Shown in pieces: positions 21,943-34,780 of a stretch of 43,597 bases of DNA. Where the stretch lies: contig NC_068993.1 of the NCBI RefSeq assembly GCF_001194135.2, positions 25,783,257-25,826,853 of the forward strand, in the 5' to 3' direction. How positions within the stretch are numbered: the first letter of the stretch is position 1; the number at the start of each line of letters is the position of its first letter. The DNA comes from Octopus bimaculoides (Eukaryota). A program made the translations under genes and the position numbers. A model generated the notes under the pieces. That model made no database searches, was not told where the DNA came from, and saw only the letters and a program-made list of their open reading frames with translations.

Positions 21943-24900
21943 TATATTTGGAGATAACTTTTTGTCAAAGCGAAATGATAAACAGAATATATCTGTACAC
22001 CTTTATTGAGTTCTCTCTCTCTTTGTCTTAGAATAGAGACTGTTCTATGACACTGGCACAAAACCTCTGCTTACTAGCACTAGCAACTCTTATGCAATTT
22101 AAAGTGACCAGCCGTGGAAATTAACCCAGGAACAATCTAAGGTTCCTTGTAAATATTTCAGTCTAAGTAAGCAGCAAATCATCAACAACCAGAACATCCT
22201 GTAGACTTTATAGAGGGGTTTCTGATAACAGACTGGCATTTTATTCATGAGTACTAGTCCTTTCCCAAAACATGTTCATTTTTGGAGAAAGTTCTTTATG
22301 CCATGATACTATGGTTTTTTCAGCTGATGTTTTTCATGATTTAATACAATCCAGTTAAATACCATCTCATTTGCACTGAGAGGCCATATGGAGAAAATAC
22401 ATAAATTCCTACACAATTAAAAATTAATTACAGAGACAATACAATACAAAACTACTAAGGTATACATAACTTAATTTTTCCAAGAAACACAATGGCTCAG
22501 AGAATTGATATTTAACTCTAATTTCTGTGTTATTTAAGAAAATAGGAAATAAATCTTCCCCTAAATAGAAAAATTTGTAGTTTCTCACAGGAAGTCTTAT
22601 TATCTATTCCTTACCAAGAAACACAATGAAATTACTCTAAAGTGGTATATGAACTCATGCCCCATGGGACAGCTGTCTCACACTTTAACCACTCATATAT
22701 TTCACCTTTATGATTACAATCTGAAAGGTTCTGAAATAGATAAAATATTTTAATATTTTGTTGCAGGTAATTCACTTTAACAAAAATAGAGGAATACCTA
22801 CAAAATGAAGAAAAAGGGAAGGAAAAAGAAAAATACTACAGACAATAGCTGATTGGCTAACAAGGAAACAAAAATTATTGCTTGAAGAAGTAAACACCAA
22901 AATACCCCAAAGTACCTATTCCCTTGTTGACAATATAACAAGTGCTTAAATATACTCCAGAATTTAGTTGCTTCTTGGAAAACAGAAATACATTGCCAGA
23001 TGAATGTCAGAAGAGTATAGATGGTGTAAAAAGACTGGGTAGCTGTCAAGAATGTCAAAGTGTCAAAGAAAACAGAAAAAAATTAACTGTTGCATAGATT
23101 CATTATCAGAGAAATTTTTTAAATTTTTGGATTGTGGAAATAATAACCCTACATAAAGCCACTTATATTCATATATCAATCCTACCATAACAAAATATAT
23201 AGCAGTCATAATTTTACAAAAACTAAATAGTTCATAATCAAAATTTGGCCAAATTTTATCAGAAAAAGGATTTTTCAAGGTGTTTCTCTTATTTTGTACC
23301 CACCTCAAACTAAGCAAATAGGTTGAAACAAATTAACTGCAACTACAAATGCTATGAAAAATAAATCAATAAATCATTTCCCTTATGTGGCTATCGCAAA
23401 AAGGTACACAAAAAAATATAGTCACATGGAGGGAGAATCAACAACAAAATAGCACAAAGATTCAGTAAATAAATAAAAGCGACTATGGTATTCAAAAAAA
23501 AAAAAACGACAAAAACTTGTTTAAAAAGAGGCAAATTAACAATGCTACAAAATATTTAGATAAATTTTGATCATGAAATCAAAAGATATCTCTATAAACT
23601 CATAGGTGGAGATGAAATAGATAAATCACAACATGCAAAACATGAAAGAAGATTAGAAAGAGTTCTACAGAGATGTTAGACAAATATTAAATACACAACT
23701 TAATGCTAGAAATGAGATAATAGGTATAAACACACAAGCTATCTCAACTTCAGCATAACTGAAAGATAACCAAATTGAAATGCTTTGATAAAAAAAAAAC
23801 TCCCATAAACTTACTGTCAGCATTCCGAGTTTATTATCCTGAAGCTGATATTGATGGAGAATATACAGAGAGAGAGGAAAGAATGGAAGCAAACAGAAAA
23901 TGACTATAAAGTAACTGGAGGGTTATAAATATTTATAACTCAACAAGAAAAAACTGATTAGCACATTAAAATTATCCCCAAATATAAAACAACAACTATT
24001 GTTTGTATATAAGGAAAACAATTAGAATTAGAAGGTAAATATATATCAAGGTACACAAATAGAAAGAAAAAAATGAAAACATGAAAAAAATTGAAAGAGA
24101 GAGTTCAAAGGTTAATTCATAAAACAACAATGATAAAATGAAAAGTTGTACTAACAGAACTAATTTGGATATAAAGACATAAAACATAGACTGTTCCTCA
24201 TCTGATACAGGCATTTAGACATAAAATACTGACTGTTCCCCATTTGTTACTGATACTGAAACCAAGCATGAACTTCTCTAAAACGCAACTGCAATACAAA
24301 CCAAAGTATTAAACTTGACTTTAAAAAGTATTTTGATAGTGAATTACACTTTACGTCACCATTACAACCGCCACCACAACCGCCAGCATTTTCAGTGTTA
24401 TTGTTGTTGTTGTTGTTATTATTGTCGTCATCTTTTGATGATTTCATGAGAGCTAACATCCTCACAACTGCCTTCTTCTGTTTTCCCTCCTGGTTTTCAT
24501 GATATTCTGCTTTAGTTACAATTCACTGCCAGTAAACATAACTTTTTCATAAAAAAAAAAACAATCGAAAACAAAAACAAAAAAAAACCCAAATAACAAT
24601 GTCATTCTTTCATATCACAAGTCCATACTGGTGCTGCACACAATGACTAATGAATTTTATGTCTGGCTCTGGCAGCTTTTTCAACTCACCATTTGCATTC
24701 CTCTTGTCATGCAAGTTGGTGTGGACAATGCTCAACACATTTCTCACCATCCTCTATGGATCTTTTACAGTCAACACCCATCGCTCTCATTCATAGATCC
24801 TGCCCTTTTCACAGAAGTGCCTCGTCACCAGTTGAGGTAACAACTTCCTGAATGTCTTCCATTCCTATCATACCTGGCATTACATACTTCTTTTACTAAA

Positions 24901-25194
24901 TGTGCAACCTTGAAAACAATAGACTTATTCCTCGTTGGACATTAAAAGAATTAACCACTTCTGCAAATATAATACATCTAAAATCACATCAATCTGCAAG
25001 AGACCTTGCTGATCCTCTTACAGGCATGTCGCTAGGGAAGGGGGTCAAACAACTCCTCTACTTCTAATGTGAGGAACACAATGTACTCAGTATGAGTAAT
25101 CCCATTATCTGGTCACCTTCTTATGAGTGCATGGAACTATAAGGATGAGTATTTTACCTTATTAGGTATAACAAAATATAAACAGGGAGTGAGA

Positions 25195-25199
25195 AGAAA

Positions 25200-25250
<51 letters not shown>

Positions 25251-25303
25251 AAAGATGAAGATGGTTAAGAAAAGAGAGTATAACACACACGTGTATGTAT
25301 GTA

Positions 25304-25343
<40 letters not shown>

Positions 25344-25432
25344 CATGTGTGTGTGTGTGTGTGTTTGTGTGTAATAGAGAGAGAGAAGCAAGAATAATTC
25401 CAGTAAAATACAAACATAGAGAAGAGATGTAT

Positions 25433-25463
<31 letters not shown>

Positions 25464-25920
25464 GAAGAGAGAGAGAGAGAGAGAGAAGGAGAGAGAAAGA
25501 GAGAGATAGAGAAAGAGAGAGAGATATATATAGAAATAGTGAACAAAAGAGAGAGGGAATAAGAAAAAAGGGAAACTTAAAGGAGAGAGCTATAGTAAAA
25601 GGAAGAGAAAGATGTAAATGGAAAGTGAGAAAAGATGATAAAAGATAGGGAGAAGCAATAAAACCAGGGAGAGAACATAACAGAAAGGCAGAAAGAAAGG
25701 GTACAGCAAAAAAATAAATAAATAAATAACACAAGGATATGGGGCAGGGAGAAGCAAACAAGAAAGAGAAAGAGAAGATAAGGTTAAGCAGCAGTAGAGA
25801 GAGAGAGAGAAGTAAACTGAAAGAGAGAGCAGGGTAATGAGAGAGAAAGAGAGAATCAGAGAGAAAGAAAGAGTAGGAAAGATAGCAATACATGAATATA
25901 GAGGTAGACAGAAGAGACAA
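25195..25920. repeat. ~700-bp purine-rich (GA)n-dominated tract with embedded (GT)n
   Basis: Direct reading; similar tracts at ~35820-36130 and ~43440-43570. Confidence 0.9.
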
Positions 25921-27399
25921 TGTCTTATTCTGTTGGCAAGCTGATCAATCTTTGGTTGTGCTTAATAAAGTTAAACAAAGAAAATTAGCTGTTGATGAGA
26001 AAAGGATTTAATTAGTGAAATATCGGAAACTTTTACACTTTTTTCAGAAGGTTGCTGTTTTTGTGTATGTGTTTTTATCGAGTTTAACTACAGAATATTG
26101 ATAGAAGAAAATAAAATGTAAAAACCAGCATTTACATCATTCATGAGTTTAAAAGAAGAAAGAAATAAGAAAAAAAAATGAAAAAAATAGTGAAGGTGGG
26201 AACAGGTAGAGGTGGGGGTGAAGAGGAAAACGAGTGATGAGAAAATTAAAATATCAGATCGTGAATATAATTAAGTTTACCTAACTAACTGAGAAATATA
26301 TGAATATATATATATACACTCACACACATATATACATATATAATTTTATAATTATATATACTTTCATATACACACATATACACATATATGTATGCAAATA
26401 TGTGTGTGTACATACACACACACACACACACATACACACATACATATAGTATTTGAGTGTATTAGTGAATAAATAGTTGGGTAAAAATAATAAAAGTCAT
26501 AAATAAATTAAGAGGTATCATAAGGACATTTCAAAAATGTGCCACAAAAGAACAAAGATATTGGTATTTTAAAAAGAAAAATAAATTCAAAAAGATTACC
26601 TTCGTTTATTTATTCTGAAGATGTCGTGTGTATTTTGTCGATATTGCTTTTTGTGTATTTTTTTTTTTTTAAATGTTAGATAAACAGATTCTATCAATAT
26701 TATTGTTGTGATGATTGTTGTTGGTTAAGCATAAAGTCAACAGCAACAACTACTGATACACAGGGTGACGTGTAACCCATACAACATTCATATCTACATA
26801 GCAAATGGTTCTAAACATAGTGGACTAAGTGGGGCCACCACCAGCAGATAAACCAAGAAGAGACTTTAAGTACCAATGATTCATTCCTTGTCACAAATAT
26901 ACACAGTGTCCTTAGTCAAGTCACTTAACCTTACCTTTGGCTTTGGCTGTGGACTATCATTAGGTCCTAACAGTAGGTACAGCTCACTTCTGTAACGTAT
27001 GCCACTTTTTATTAGCTCACAGTGCTAAGTTCAAATTCTCTTAAAAACCTTGAGAAAGGTAACAGGAACTCACTCAAATGCATTCTACTCATAATGACCA
27101 TAAAGAACCATGGACGCTGCCCCTTCTCTTCTGACTTAATAAAAGGAAAGATCTTTCAACTAGAGCTTAGTCTTGGGCCTCTCTTGGTCTGGGTACTTTA
27201 CATAGTTGCACGTCCATGTGCAGGTCGAGACAAGTTTATAAATTTTTTTTTATAGGAAGGCTAGCATTTGCTCATACATATATGTCTTCCATCTCTATAC
27301 CCTTAGTGTTATTTCAATGAAAAGGGGGAGATAACCACTTTAGGGTTGTTACAGCTTGGTACCAGTGTCATTATGGACATTGCTATCAAAATGTAACAG

Positions 27400-27600
27400 G
27401 CCAGAACAGATACCGCAAGACACCATCTGCAATACTCTTGCAGTTCCACTACCCAACACCCTAGACTGGTGCTTTTTTATCAACCCTGAAAGTATGGAAA
27501 GCAAAGTTAACCAGTGGGATTTGAACTTAGAGTACAGAGACTTAGGACAAATACTACAAAGCATTCTATCCAACATACAATGACTTAGCCAAGAAGCCAT
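27400..27600 (-). mobile_element. tRNA-SINE family B, degraded
   Basis: GACTGGTGCTTTTTTATCAACCCTGAAAG...GCAAAGTTAAC...GATTTGAACTTAGA. Confidence 0.7.
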
Positions 27601-29030
27601 CTTAAAAATCAATAGTAATATAACCCTTCTTCCACCCCACTCACCTATAAATGTCAGGCCTTGTACCTGCAACAAAAACCATTACACAAGTTATTCAGCA
27701 CACTAAATGACACTTCCAGCAAATCAGCACTGCAACACAGATACATTTCAAAGTATACACTTTTATAATATTAATACCCATGACAAAAGTATGAACCTCT
27801 CACGACATTTCTACTCACTAATAAAGCTAGCAGCCATGTCCACTTAATTAACTTTTATTACTGGCATACGCTTGCTTAGTGAAGGATTGTGTATACTCAT
27901 TCAAACTATTCAATATGGAGCCAACAAAGTAATCTCTTGACCAGCTAAAAATAACACACAATTCTCCCTCAAACCACACTCTACCATCTTAACATGTAAG
28001 GATATATTGGATAATATAATCAGGGGAATGATATGCCTACAGGATTAAAAAAAAAGGAACAGGTGGTCATAACTGGATTACTTTTCACAAGAGATTTGCT
28101 TAAACAGGGCCAACAAGAAGTGGGGTTGCTAAATAACAACAATAACATCAACAATTATCCCTACATTTTAGGAAAATTTGCCCATAATAAATGGAGAATA
28201 ATTGAAAAATTTCATCCTATAAAATGCATATCAAGAGTAATTTGTAAGAGTGCTTTGTTTCTAAATATTTGATTAGCTACATCTGTGCCTCATATTTGCT
28301 CCAATGAAGCTGATCAAAATAAGTTCAATACTCAACAACAACCAGAACAATAACAAACCGAAGAAGATATTCAATAAGAAAAATGGAGGGTTTTACATTT
28401 TCTAAGAGGCAGGAGGTATGATTTGGTAGATTTCAATGCCTGTTAAGGCTTTGAAAAATCTGGTAGCATGGTGCCATTGAGTCTGTTTAATTAAAATAAA
28501 ATGCTGTCATTGAATTTGTAAGAAAATACACAATATTCTGGTATCATTAACCCCACCCCTTCTCGTAAACAAAATCACTGTTCTATATAATACCTCCAGT
28601 AGATTAGTGACTGCTATAGTTATTTAATTTCCAGTCAACTTTGGCCAAGCAGGGCTATGATCAAAGGCATTCCCTTCATGACCATCCCATCTTTTTGTAT
28701 ATTGGGGATGACATTATTCAGGGAATACTTCTTATTTAAATAGGAACAGTGTAGTTAAACTGTTCTTTCTAGCAGATTAAGCATCTGTGTAGAGTCTTCT
28801 TTATTGTCTGTAACAGATTAACAGCTTTGGGATTGGGGTTATGATTTCAAGAGTTAAGCAGACCACAAAAGTTGTACAGAAACCATTGATATAAAAGTCT
28901 GATCCACTATATCTTTCAATCATCTAAACAGATGATGTATGATAATAGTCAGTTAGTATTCAGATTTGACTAAACTCTAAATAATGGTTATGTCTAAGGG
29001 TTAAATATTTTTAATATGTGACTCTTTCAT

Positions 29031-29245
29031 AAGGCAGTGAGTTGGCAGAATTGCTAATGCACCAGAGAAAATGCGAACGGCATTTCGTCCGTCTTTATGT
29101 TCTGAGTTCAAATTCTACTGAGGTTAACTTTGCCTCTCCTCCTTTTCAGGGTTGATAAAATAAGTACCAGTTGAGCAATGATGTTGATATAAGCGACTTA
29201 CTCCCTCCCTCGAAATTGCTTGCCTTGTGCCAAAATTTGAGACTG
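29031..29245 (+). mobile_element. tRNA-SINE family B
   Basis: GGCAGTGAGTTGGCAGAAT...GTTCTGAGTTCAAATTC (B box)...GGGTTGATAAAATAAGTACCAGTTG...GCCTTGTGCCAAAA. Confidence 0.85.
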
Positions 29246-30044
29246 ATGTGTGATTTTATTTTTAAGACATGGTGCATTTGTTTGGACAGTTAAGTATCTA
29301 TTATCTGAACAAGATTCAAATAGTGAAGGTAAAGGTGGGATGATTGTATGATAGGCTTAAAATGGCACCTAAATGATTCCACTACATGTCAAAAACTCAC
29401 TAAGTATCCCACAGATCCTTCACCTTCCTGTGTCCATCTTCAAAAATCCTAAAGAGAGACTGATCTTACAAATTGAGCCATTCCACTCTGACTCACAACA
29501 CACATTCTCACCATTACACGCTACCACTGCATTTTTCAAAAACTTTTACCCCACCAAATACACACAATAGCTTCAACAACAATAATGCAGTCCCACAATG
29601 CATCAGTTTAACTATCACTGTCAACAGGAAAGTTTTGAACTCCTTTCCCCATTAAATATGCATGTATTTATTTATTTATTTTATTTTATGAACTAAAGTA
29701 TCATTGATTACACATTGATGTATTGGAAGTTGATCAGTCAATGGTTCACTATGAGGATGACAAGAGAACATCCATAACTTGGTCAACTTCATTTGCAAAA
29801 AATGGCATTTTTGCCAGTTTACATCCATCTTCCATATATGGTAAAAGAACTTACATACATACATACATAGAAAGAAAGGAAGACAGAGAGAAATGGAAAT
29901 AGATAGATGGGCTCTCATATAGTTTCACTATCAATTTCCACCCTCAAGATATTGGCCAATGCTAAAGATGATGGGAGTGAACTTGGTATCATGTGGCTGC
30001 AAAGCAAACTACTTAACCATACAGCTATATCTGTACCCATTTGC

Positions 30045-30290
30045 AAAAAATTACTAAATGCTTTCTTAAGAAAAAATACAAACTCTCAGACAGCCAAGCC
30101 TATTATACTGTATGCAAAAATAATACATCTAGAATCTACAATTTCTTAACTGGTGTAGAACAAGGATCCTTCCTCTCATCCAAACTTTTTAACCTATACT
30201 TATGCAAACTTTCCATGATGCCTCAGCATATACACATGATCTCATATGCAGATGACATCACACTCACAATGGTCAGTATCTAGGCACATC
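30045..30290 (+). pseudogene. LINE reverse transcriptase fragment (motifs 4-5), non-RTE clade
   Basis: TGVEQGSFLSSKLFNLYL...MISYADDITL. Confidence 0.8.
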
Positions 30291-30414
30291 TGCTCCAATC
30301 TATATATCAAGTACTTTGAAAAACTAACTCCACAACAATCCATTCCTCTGTGTTTCTTTGTGCCAGAAAACATCAAATACAACCAAACTTTACACTTACC
30401 AAAGTAAACATACC

Positions 30415-30657
30415 ATGATCATCATTGGTTTAATGCCCACTTTCCCATGCTTACATGGGTTGGATAGAATTTTGTTAAAGCAGATTTTTCTATGGTTGGA
30501 TGCCCTTCCTGTTGCCAACTCTCACCTGTTTCCATGTAAGGTAATATTTCCCCATAACCAGACATGTTTTTCCAGAAGATTGAGAACATAGGACACTGCT
30601 TGCATTACAGTTACACTCATTTATAATTATCATGCAACGTCAAGCCAAAAAGACAAC

Positions 30658-30705
<48 letters not shown>

Positions 30706-30853
30706 TTCAGTTTCCATCTACAATATCTACTTACAAGGCTTTGGTCAGTTCAGGGCTATTGCTGAAGACACTTGTCCAAGATGCCATGCATTAGGATTGA
30801 ACCCAGAACCATGTGATTGGGAAGCAAACTTTTTATCACACAGCCACGCCTGT
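30415..30853 (-). mobile_element. Complete SINE: family A tRNA head, central domain, (GT)n, RTE-type tail
   Basis: Head GGCGTGGCTGTGTGATAA...GGGTTCAATCC (A and B boxes); tail shared with 5525-5680 and 6140-6475. Confidence 0.85.
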
Positions 30854-30914
30854 ACCTATGAAGGTAAAACTTGGAGTTATATACAATTCCCAAATGTAAT
30901 AAGCATAAGGTGCC

Positions 30915-31145
30915 ATGTAAAAAAGCATTGGTATGATGCTGGTGTCACATAAAGAGCATTGGTACTGGTATCATGTAAAAAGCACCCAGTACACTCTGTG
31001 AAGTGGTTGGAATCCAGCTGTAAAACGCAAGTCAGAACAGACTACAGAATCTGGTGTGGCCCCTAGCCTTGCCACTTCCTGTCAAGTCATTCAGCCCATA
31101 CCAGAATGGAAAACAGATGTTAAGTGTTGATGATCATGATGATGA
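30915..31145 (+). mobile_element. RTE-type 3' tail
   Basis: GTAAAAAGCACCCAGTACACTCTGT...ATCCAGCTGTAAAAC...ATGGAAAACAGATGTTAAGTG..GATGAT. Confidence 0.75.
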
Positions 31146-31313
31146 AAATAAATCAATGCAGAAATATAATTAGAACACTAACACATACCTTTATCAAACA
31201 GAAAAACAAAAACAATGGTAATTTACAAATAATATATTAGATCTCTCAGAAAACAGCACATTCCATAATGCTATTATAGGTTTCATGCACAACACATACA
31301 CAAACAGACCCAT

Positions 31314-31353
<40 letters not shown>

Positions 31354-31740
31354 TCTATGCAGCAAAACAAAAATGTTAAAAATATTAAAAAAAAGCACCT
31401 GAACATGTGAAGGGGACAGTTTATTTGCATAAGAAACTTCAATGTGTTCAACCATTGTAACTGCATGCACAATCACCTCAAATACTCAGACACATCTACA
31501 ATGCACAAGTATCCTAAAATCGGTCTCTCTTATTTGGCCTAGACAAACATGAAAAACATGTAGACAAAGACAGTAGCAGCATCAGCAATCTCATTTTAAT
31601 GAAGCACAGAACAAGGCTGCACAGGATCAATAAGTGCAAGGAGAATAGTTTCTGTCGTACTCTGACCTAGTGCACTGTGGCTGTGGCCATCAATGAAATC
31701 TATCAATGAAAGAACTAATGATGAAAAGACATCTTGGCTT

Positions 31741-32279
31741 AAAATTTTGGTACAAGGCCAGCAATTTTAGGGGAGGAGCAAGTCAGTTACATTAAACCCC
31801 AGTGCTCAACTGGTACAGTGAAGGTGCATGGCTTAGTGGTTAAGGCATTCGGCTCACAATCGTAAGGTTGTGAGTTCAATTCCCGGTGACACGTTGTGTC
31901 CTTGAGCAAGACACTTTATTTCACGTTGCTCCAGTCTACTCAGCTGGCAAAAATGAGTAGTACCTGTATTTCAAAGGACCGGCCTTGTCACGCTATGTGT
32001 CACACTGAATCTCCCTGATTACAACATTAGGGGTACACATGTCTGTGGATTGCTCAGTCACTTGCACGCTAATTTCATGAGCTGGCTGTTCCATTGATCG
32101 TATCAGCTGGGACCCTCATCGTTGTAACTGATGGAGTGCTCCTATTACTTATTTTATCAACTCTGAAAGGATGAAAAGCAAAGTTGACCTTGGTGGAATT
32201 TGAACTCAGAACGTAAAGACAGGTAAAATGCTGCTCAGCATTTAGTCCGGCATGCTAATGATTCTACCAAATCGCCACC
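31741..32279 (-). mobile_element. tRNA-SINE family B split by a nested SINE
   Basis: ...CTCAACTGGTAC (31816) resumes as TACTTATTTTATC (32146); the uninterrupted form is seen at 32296-32511. Confidence 0.85.
31818..32143 (+). mobile_element. tRNA-SINE family C with CORE-like central domain
   Basis: A box TGGCTTAGTGG 31829-39; B box GAGTTCAATTCC 31872-83; TGTGTCCTTGAGCAAGACACTT...GCTCCAGTC.ACTCAGCTG. Confidence 0.85.
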
Positions 32280-32295
32280 CTGACTATATCTGGTA

Positions 32296-32511
32296 ATATT
32301 TGTTTCGATTTTTGGCACCAGGCTAGCAATTTCTGGGAGTGGGTAAGTCAATTACATAAACACCAGTGCTCAGCTGATGCTTATTTTATCGACCTCAAAA
32401 GGAGAAAAGGCAAAGTGGACCTTGACAGAATTTGAACTCAGAACATGAAAATGGACAAAATGCAGCAAAGCATTTCACCCAGTGTGCTAATGATTCTGCC
32501 AGCTTGCCACC
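32296..32511 (-). mobile_element. tRNA-SINE family B
   Basis: Aligns end to end with the reverse complement of 29031-29245. Confidence 0.85.
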
Positions 32512-32668
32512 TTAAAGAAAGGACATATCAAACACTTCTAGATACACTATACCTTAAAATAAGATGGAACAGTCAAGGCTGGAATGCTTTTGATCATGGC
32601 TAACCTGGGGTTAAACAGCAACAAGAGCTGCACTAAGCAAGCTTTTAGACCTATTAATAGAATCTGTA

Positions 32669-34080
32669 TTATCAGGTTATCCCATAAGTTCTGTCTGAAT
32701 TTTGAATAAAGAAAAAAAGTGATCAAATGTTATATTTAACTGAAATTTAATCATCAAAATACTTTCTCTGATTATCCATGACTTCCTTCCATCTAATTAC
32801 AAGCTTTTTAATCCCATCAATGTAAAACTCTTTTGGTTTCAAAGGGAAGTACTCTGAAATGTTAGTTTCGACCTTCTCCTGGCTTGCAAAAGTTATGTCC
32901 CCCAAATGATTCTGTAAACTATGAAACAAATGGTAGTCTGAAGGAGTGAGGTCAGGATGAGGAATTTTTTCCCAACCAAGCTCTTTGATCTTCTGTGATG
33001 TGATCTTTGCAGTGTGGGGTCGCGCATTGTCCTGATGAAACATCACTCCTTTTCGATTCACTAAAGCGGGTCTTCTTTTCTTCAAAGCTTGGTTCAAATG
33101 CTCTAATTGCTGACAGTAGACTTGAGCATTGATTATTGCATTAGGTGGTAACAATTCAAAGTGAATTACTCCTTTGCAATGCCACCAGATAGAGAGAAGA
33201 ACCTTTTTCCCCATGAAGTTTCCTTCTCGGTTGTGGTTGAGCTTTATCCCTTTTACCAAGCCACTGTTTACAATGTTTAACATTTCAATAGNNNNNNNNN
33301 NNNNNNNNNNNNNNNNNNNNNNNNNNNNNNNNNNNNNNNNNNNNNNNNNNNNNNNNNNNNNNNNNNNNNNNNNNNNNNNNNNNNNNNNNNNNNNNNNNNN
33401 NNNNNNNNNNNNNNNNNNNNNNNNNNNNNNNNNNNNNNNNNNNNNNNNNNNNNNNNNNNNNNNNNNNNNNNNNNNNNNNNNNNNNNNNNNNNNNNNNNNN
33501 NNNNNNNNNNNNNNNNNNNNNNNNNNNNNNNNNNNNNNNNNNNNNNNNNNNNNNNNNNNNNNNNNNNNNNNNNNNNNNNNNNNNNNNNNNNNNNNNNNNN
33601 NNNNNNNNNNNNNNNNNNNNNNNNNNNNNNNNNNNNNNNNNNNNNNNNNNNNNNNNNNNNNNNNNNNNNNNNNNNNNNNNNNNNNNNNNNNNNNNNNNNN
33701 NNNNNNNNNNNNTCTTCATCTTCAAGGCTGAAATCTCCACTTCTGAATTTTGCAAACCATCTTCTGCAAGTTCTTTCATTCAAGCATTCTGGCTCATAAA
33801 CTAAGTGTATGTTTCGAGTCGCTTCGGCTGCAGAGTTTCCTTTTTTGTACTCATAAAGCATTATGTGCTTTCAATGCTCTTTGGATATTTCCATGTTAGA
33901 AAGGGTTTTAATCAAAGAAATTTTTATTCTATTATTCTGTAAAATAATATTTAATTAGTTTAAATGTATACAATGCATAAAAATAATTTTTAATTCCATT
34001 AGACATTCTAAAATACTATTAAATTTCATTCGATTTTAAAAAAGGTAAAATCAGACAGAACTTATGGGATGACCTGATAT
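32669..34080 (-). mobile_element. Mariner (cecropia/Hsmar1-like) element spanning a gap; transposase pseudogene ~33895-32747
   Basis: TIR TATCAGGT(T/C)ATCCCATAAGTTCTGTCTGA at both ends; IMLYEYKKGNSAAEATRNI, WFAKFRSGDFSLED, KKVLLSIWW, HQDNARPH, DLTPSDYHLF. The PYSP motif is deleted and there is a frameshift near 33205. Confidence 0.95.
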
Positions 34081-34268
34081 TACAAACAGATTTGATATCC
34101 AACAATGGAACTTTTCCTTCTAAGAATCTAAGATAGTGCTTGGTATACCTCCTTAATTCTAACAGAACAATTGTCCATATTAATTAGTACTAATTGTTAT
34201 TAATTGATTGTCCTTATTAATTTCCAAATAATATATGAATTTACAATTATTATACTGAATCCCTTAGC

Positions 34269-34330
34269 TGCTATAGCATGTGCTATAGCATTACTTGATG
34301 TGGCACAGCTACTGTGCCACATCAAGTAAT
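34269..34330. repeat. Two abutting palindromes
   Basis: TGCTATAGCA-TG-TGCTATAGCA (34269-34290) and ATTACTTGATGTGGCACAG-CTA-CTGTGCCACATCAAGTAAT (34290-34330; perfect 19-bp arms). Confidence 0.95.
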
Positions 34331-34580
34331 AAATCAGGGCTTATGTAGAAAATCTATAAAAAGAATACCAGAGACCATTCAATCTATTAGACATAATAGC
34401 TAATTTTGCTCTACAGTTTTATAAAAAAAGGACATAAATGTGAATGTAGTCCCAGATATACACTTTGTCTGGAGAGAGAAATAGGATGATCACAGCTGTA
34501 ACACCTTTGACTTTATGACTATTTGATCAAAGCTTGTTTTATGACTTTGAGCTGATCAGCAGCAACAAATAGGGTTTGCT

Positions 34581-34780
34581 ACAATTAGTGTAGTATGTCC
34601 CACAACAACTGTAGTTTTTCCCACAACTAATGTCACTGATTTCACAAATTCACAACTACTGTAGCATATCCCATAATTAATGTAGCATATTCCATAGCTA
34701 CTATAGTACAACTCCTGTATATAACTATAATTAGTGAAGCATATTGCACAAATACTTTAGTGTTTTGTACAACTAATATT
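34581..34780. repeat. Degenerate 21-bp minisatellite (about 9 units)
   Basis: Consensus approximately ACAACTA(C/A)TGTAGCATATCCC. Confidence 0.8.

Noticed and set aside
22745-22772. Pyrimidine-rich tract followed by CAG|GTAATT, like a recursive splice site
   Set aside because: A single motif expected by chance in AT-rich DNA, with no gene context.
24247-24840. Short ORFs with poly-Asn/Gly runs
   Set aside because: No recognisable domain, stops in adjacent codons, and no credible splice sites.
25137-25920. Leu/Ser-rich and Glu/Arg-rich ORFs up to 252 aa
   Set aside because: Translations of (GA)n/(CT)n tracts; no domain signal.
26615-26650. CTGAAGATGTCG...GTCGATA hammerhead-like start
   Set aside because: No GAAA, stem III or stem I.
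26590-26700. Minus-strand GAAG|GTAATC possible splice donor
   Set aside because: No supporting acceptor, ORF or transcript evidence.
31818-31890. tRNA-like sequences with A and B boxes (also 29031-29115, 30790-30853)
   Set aside because: They are SINE heads continuing into SINE bodies and lack complete acceptor stems; not tRNA genes.
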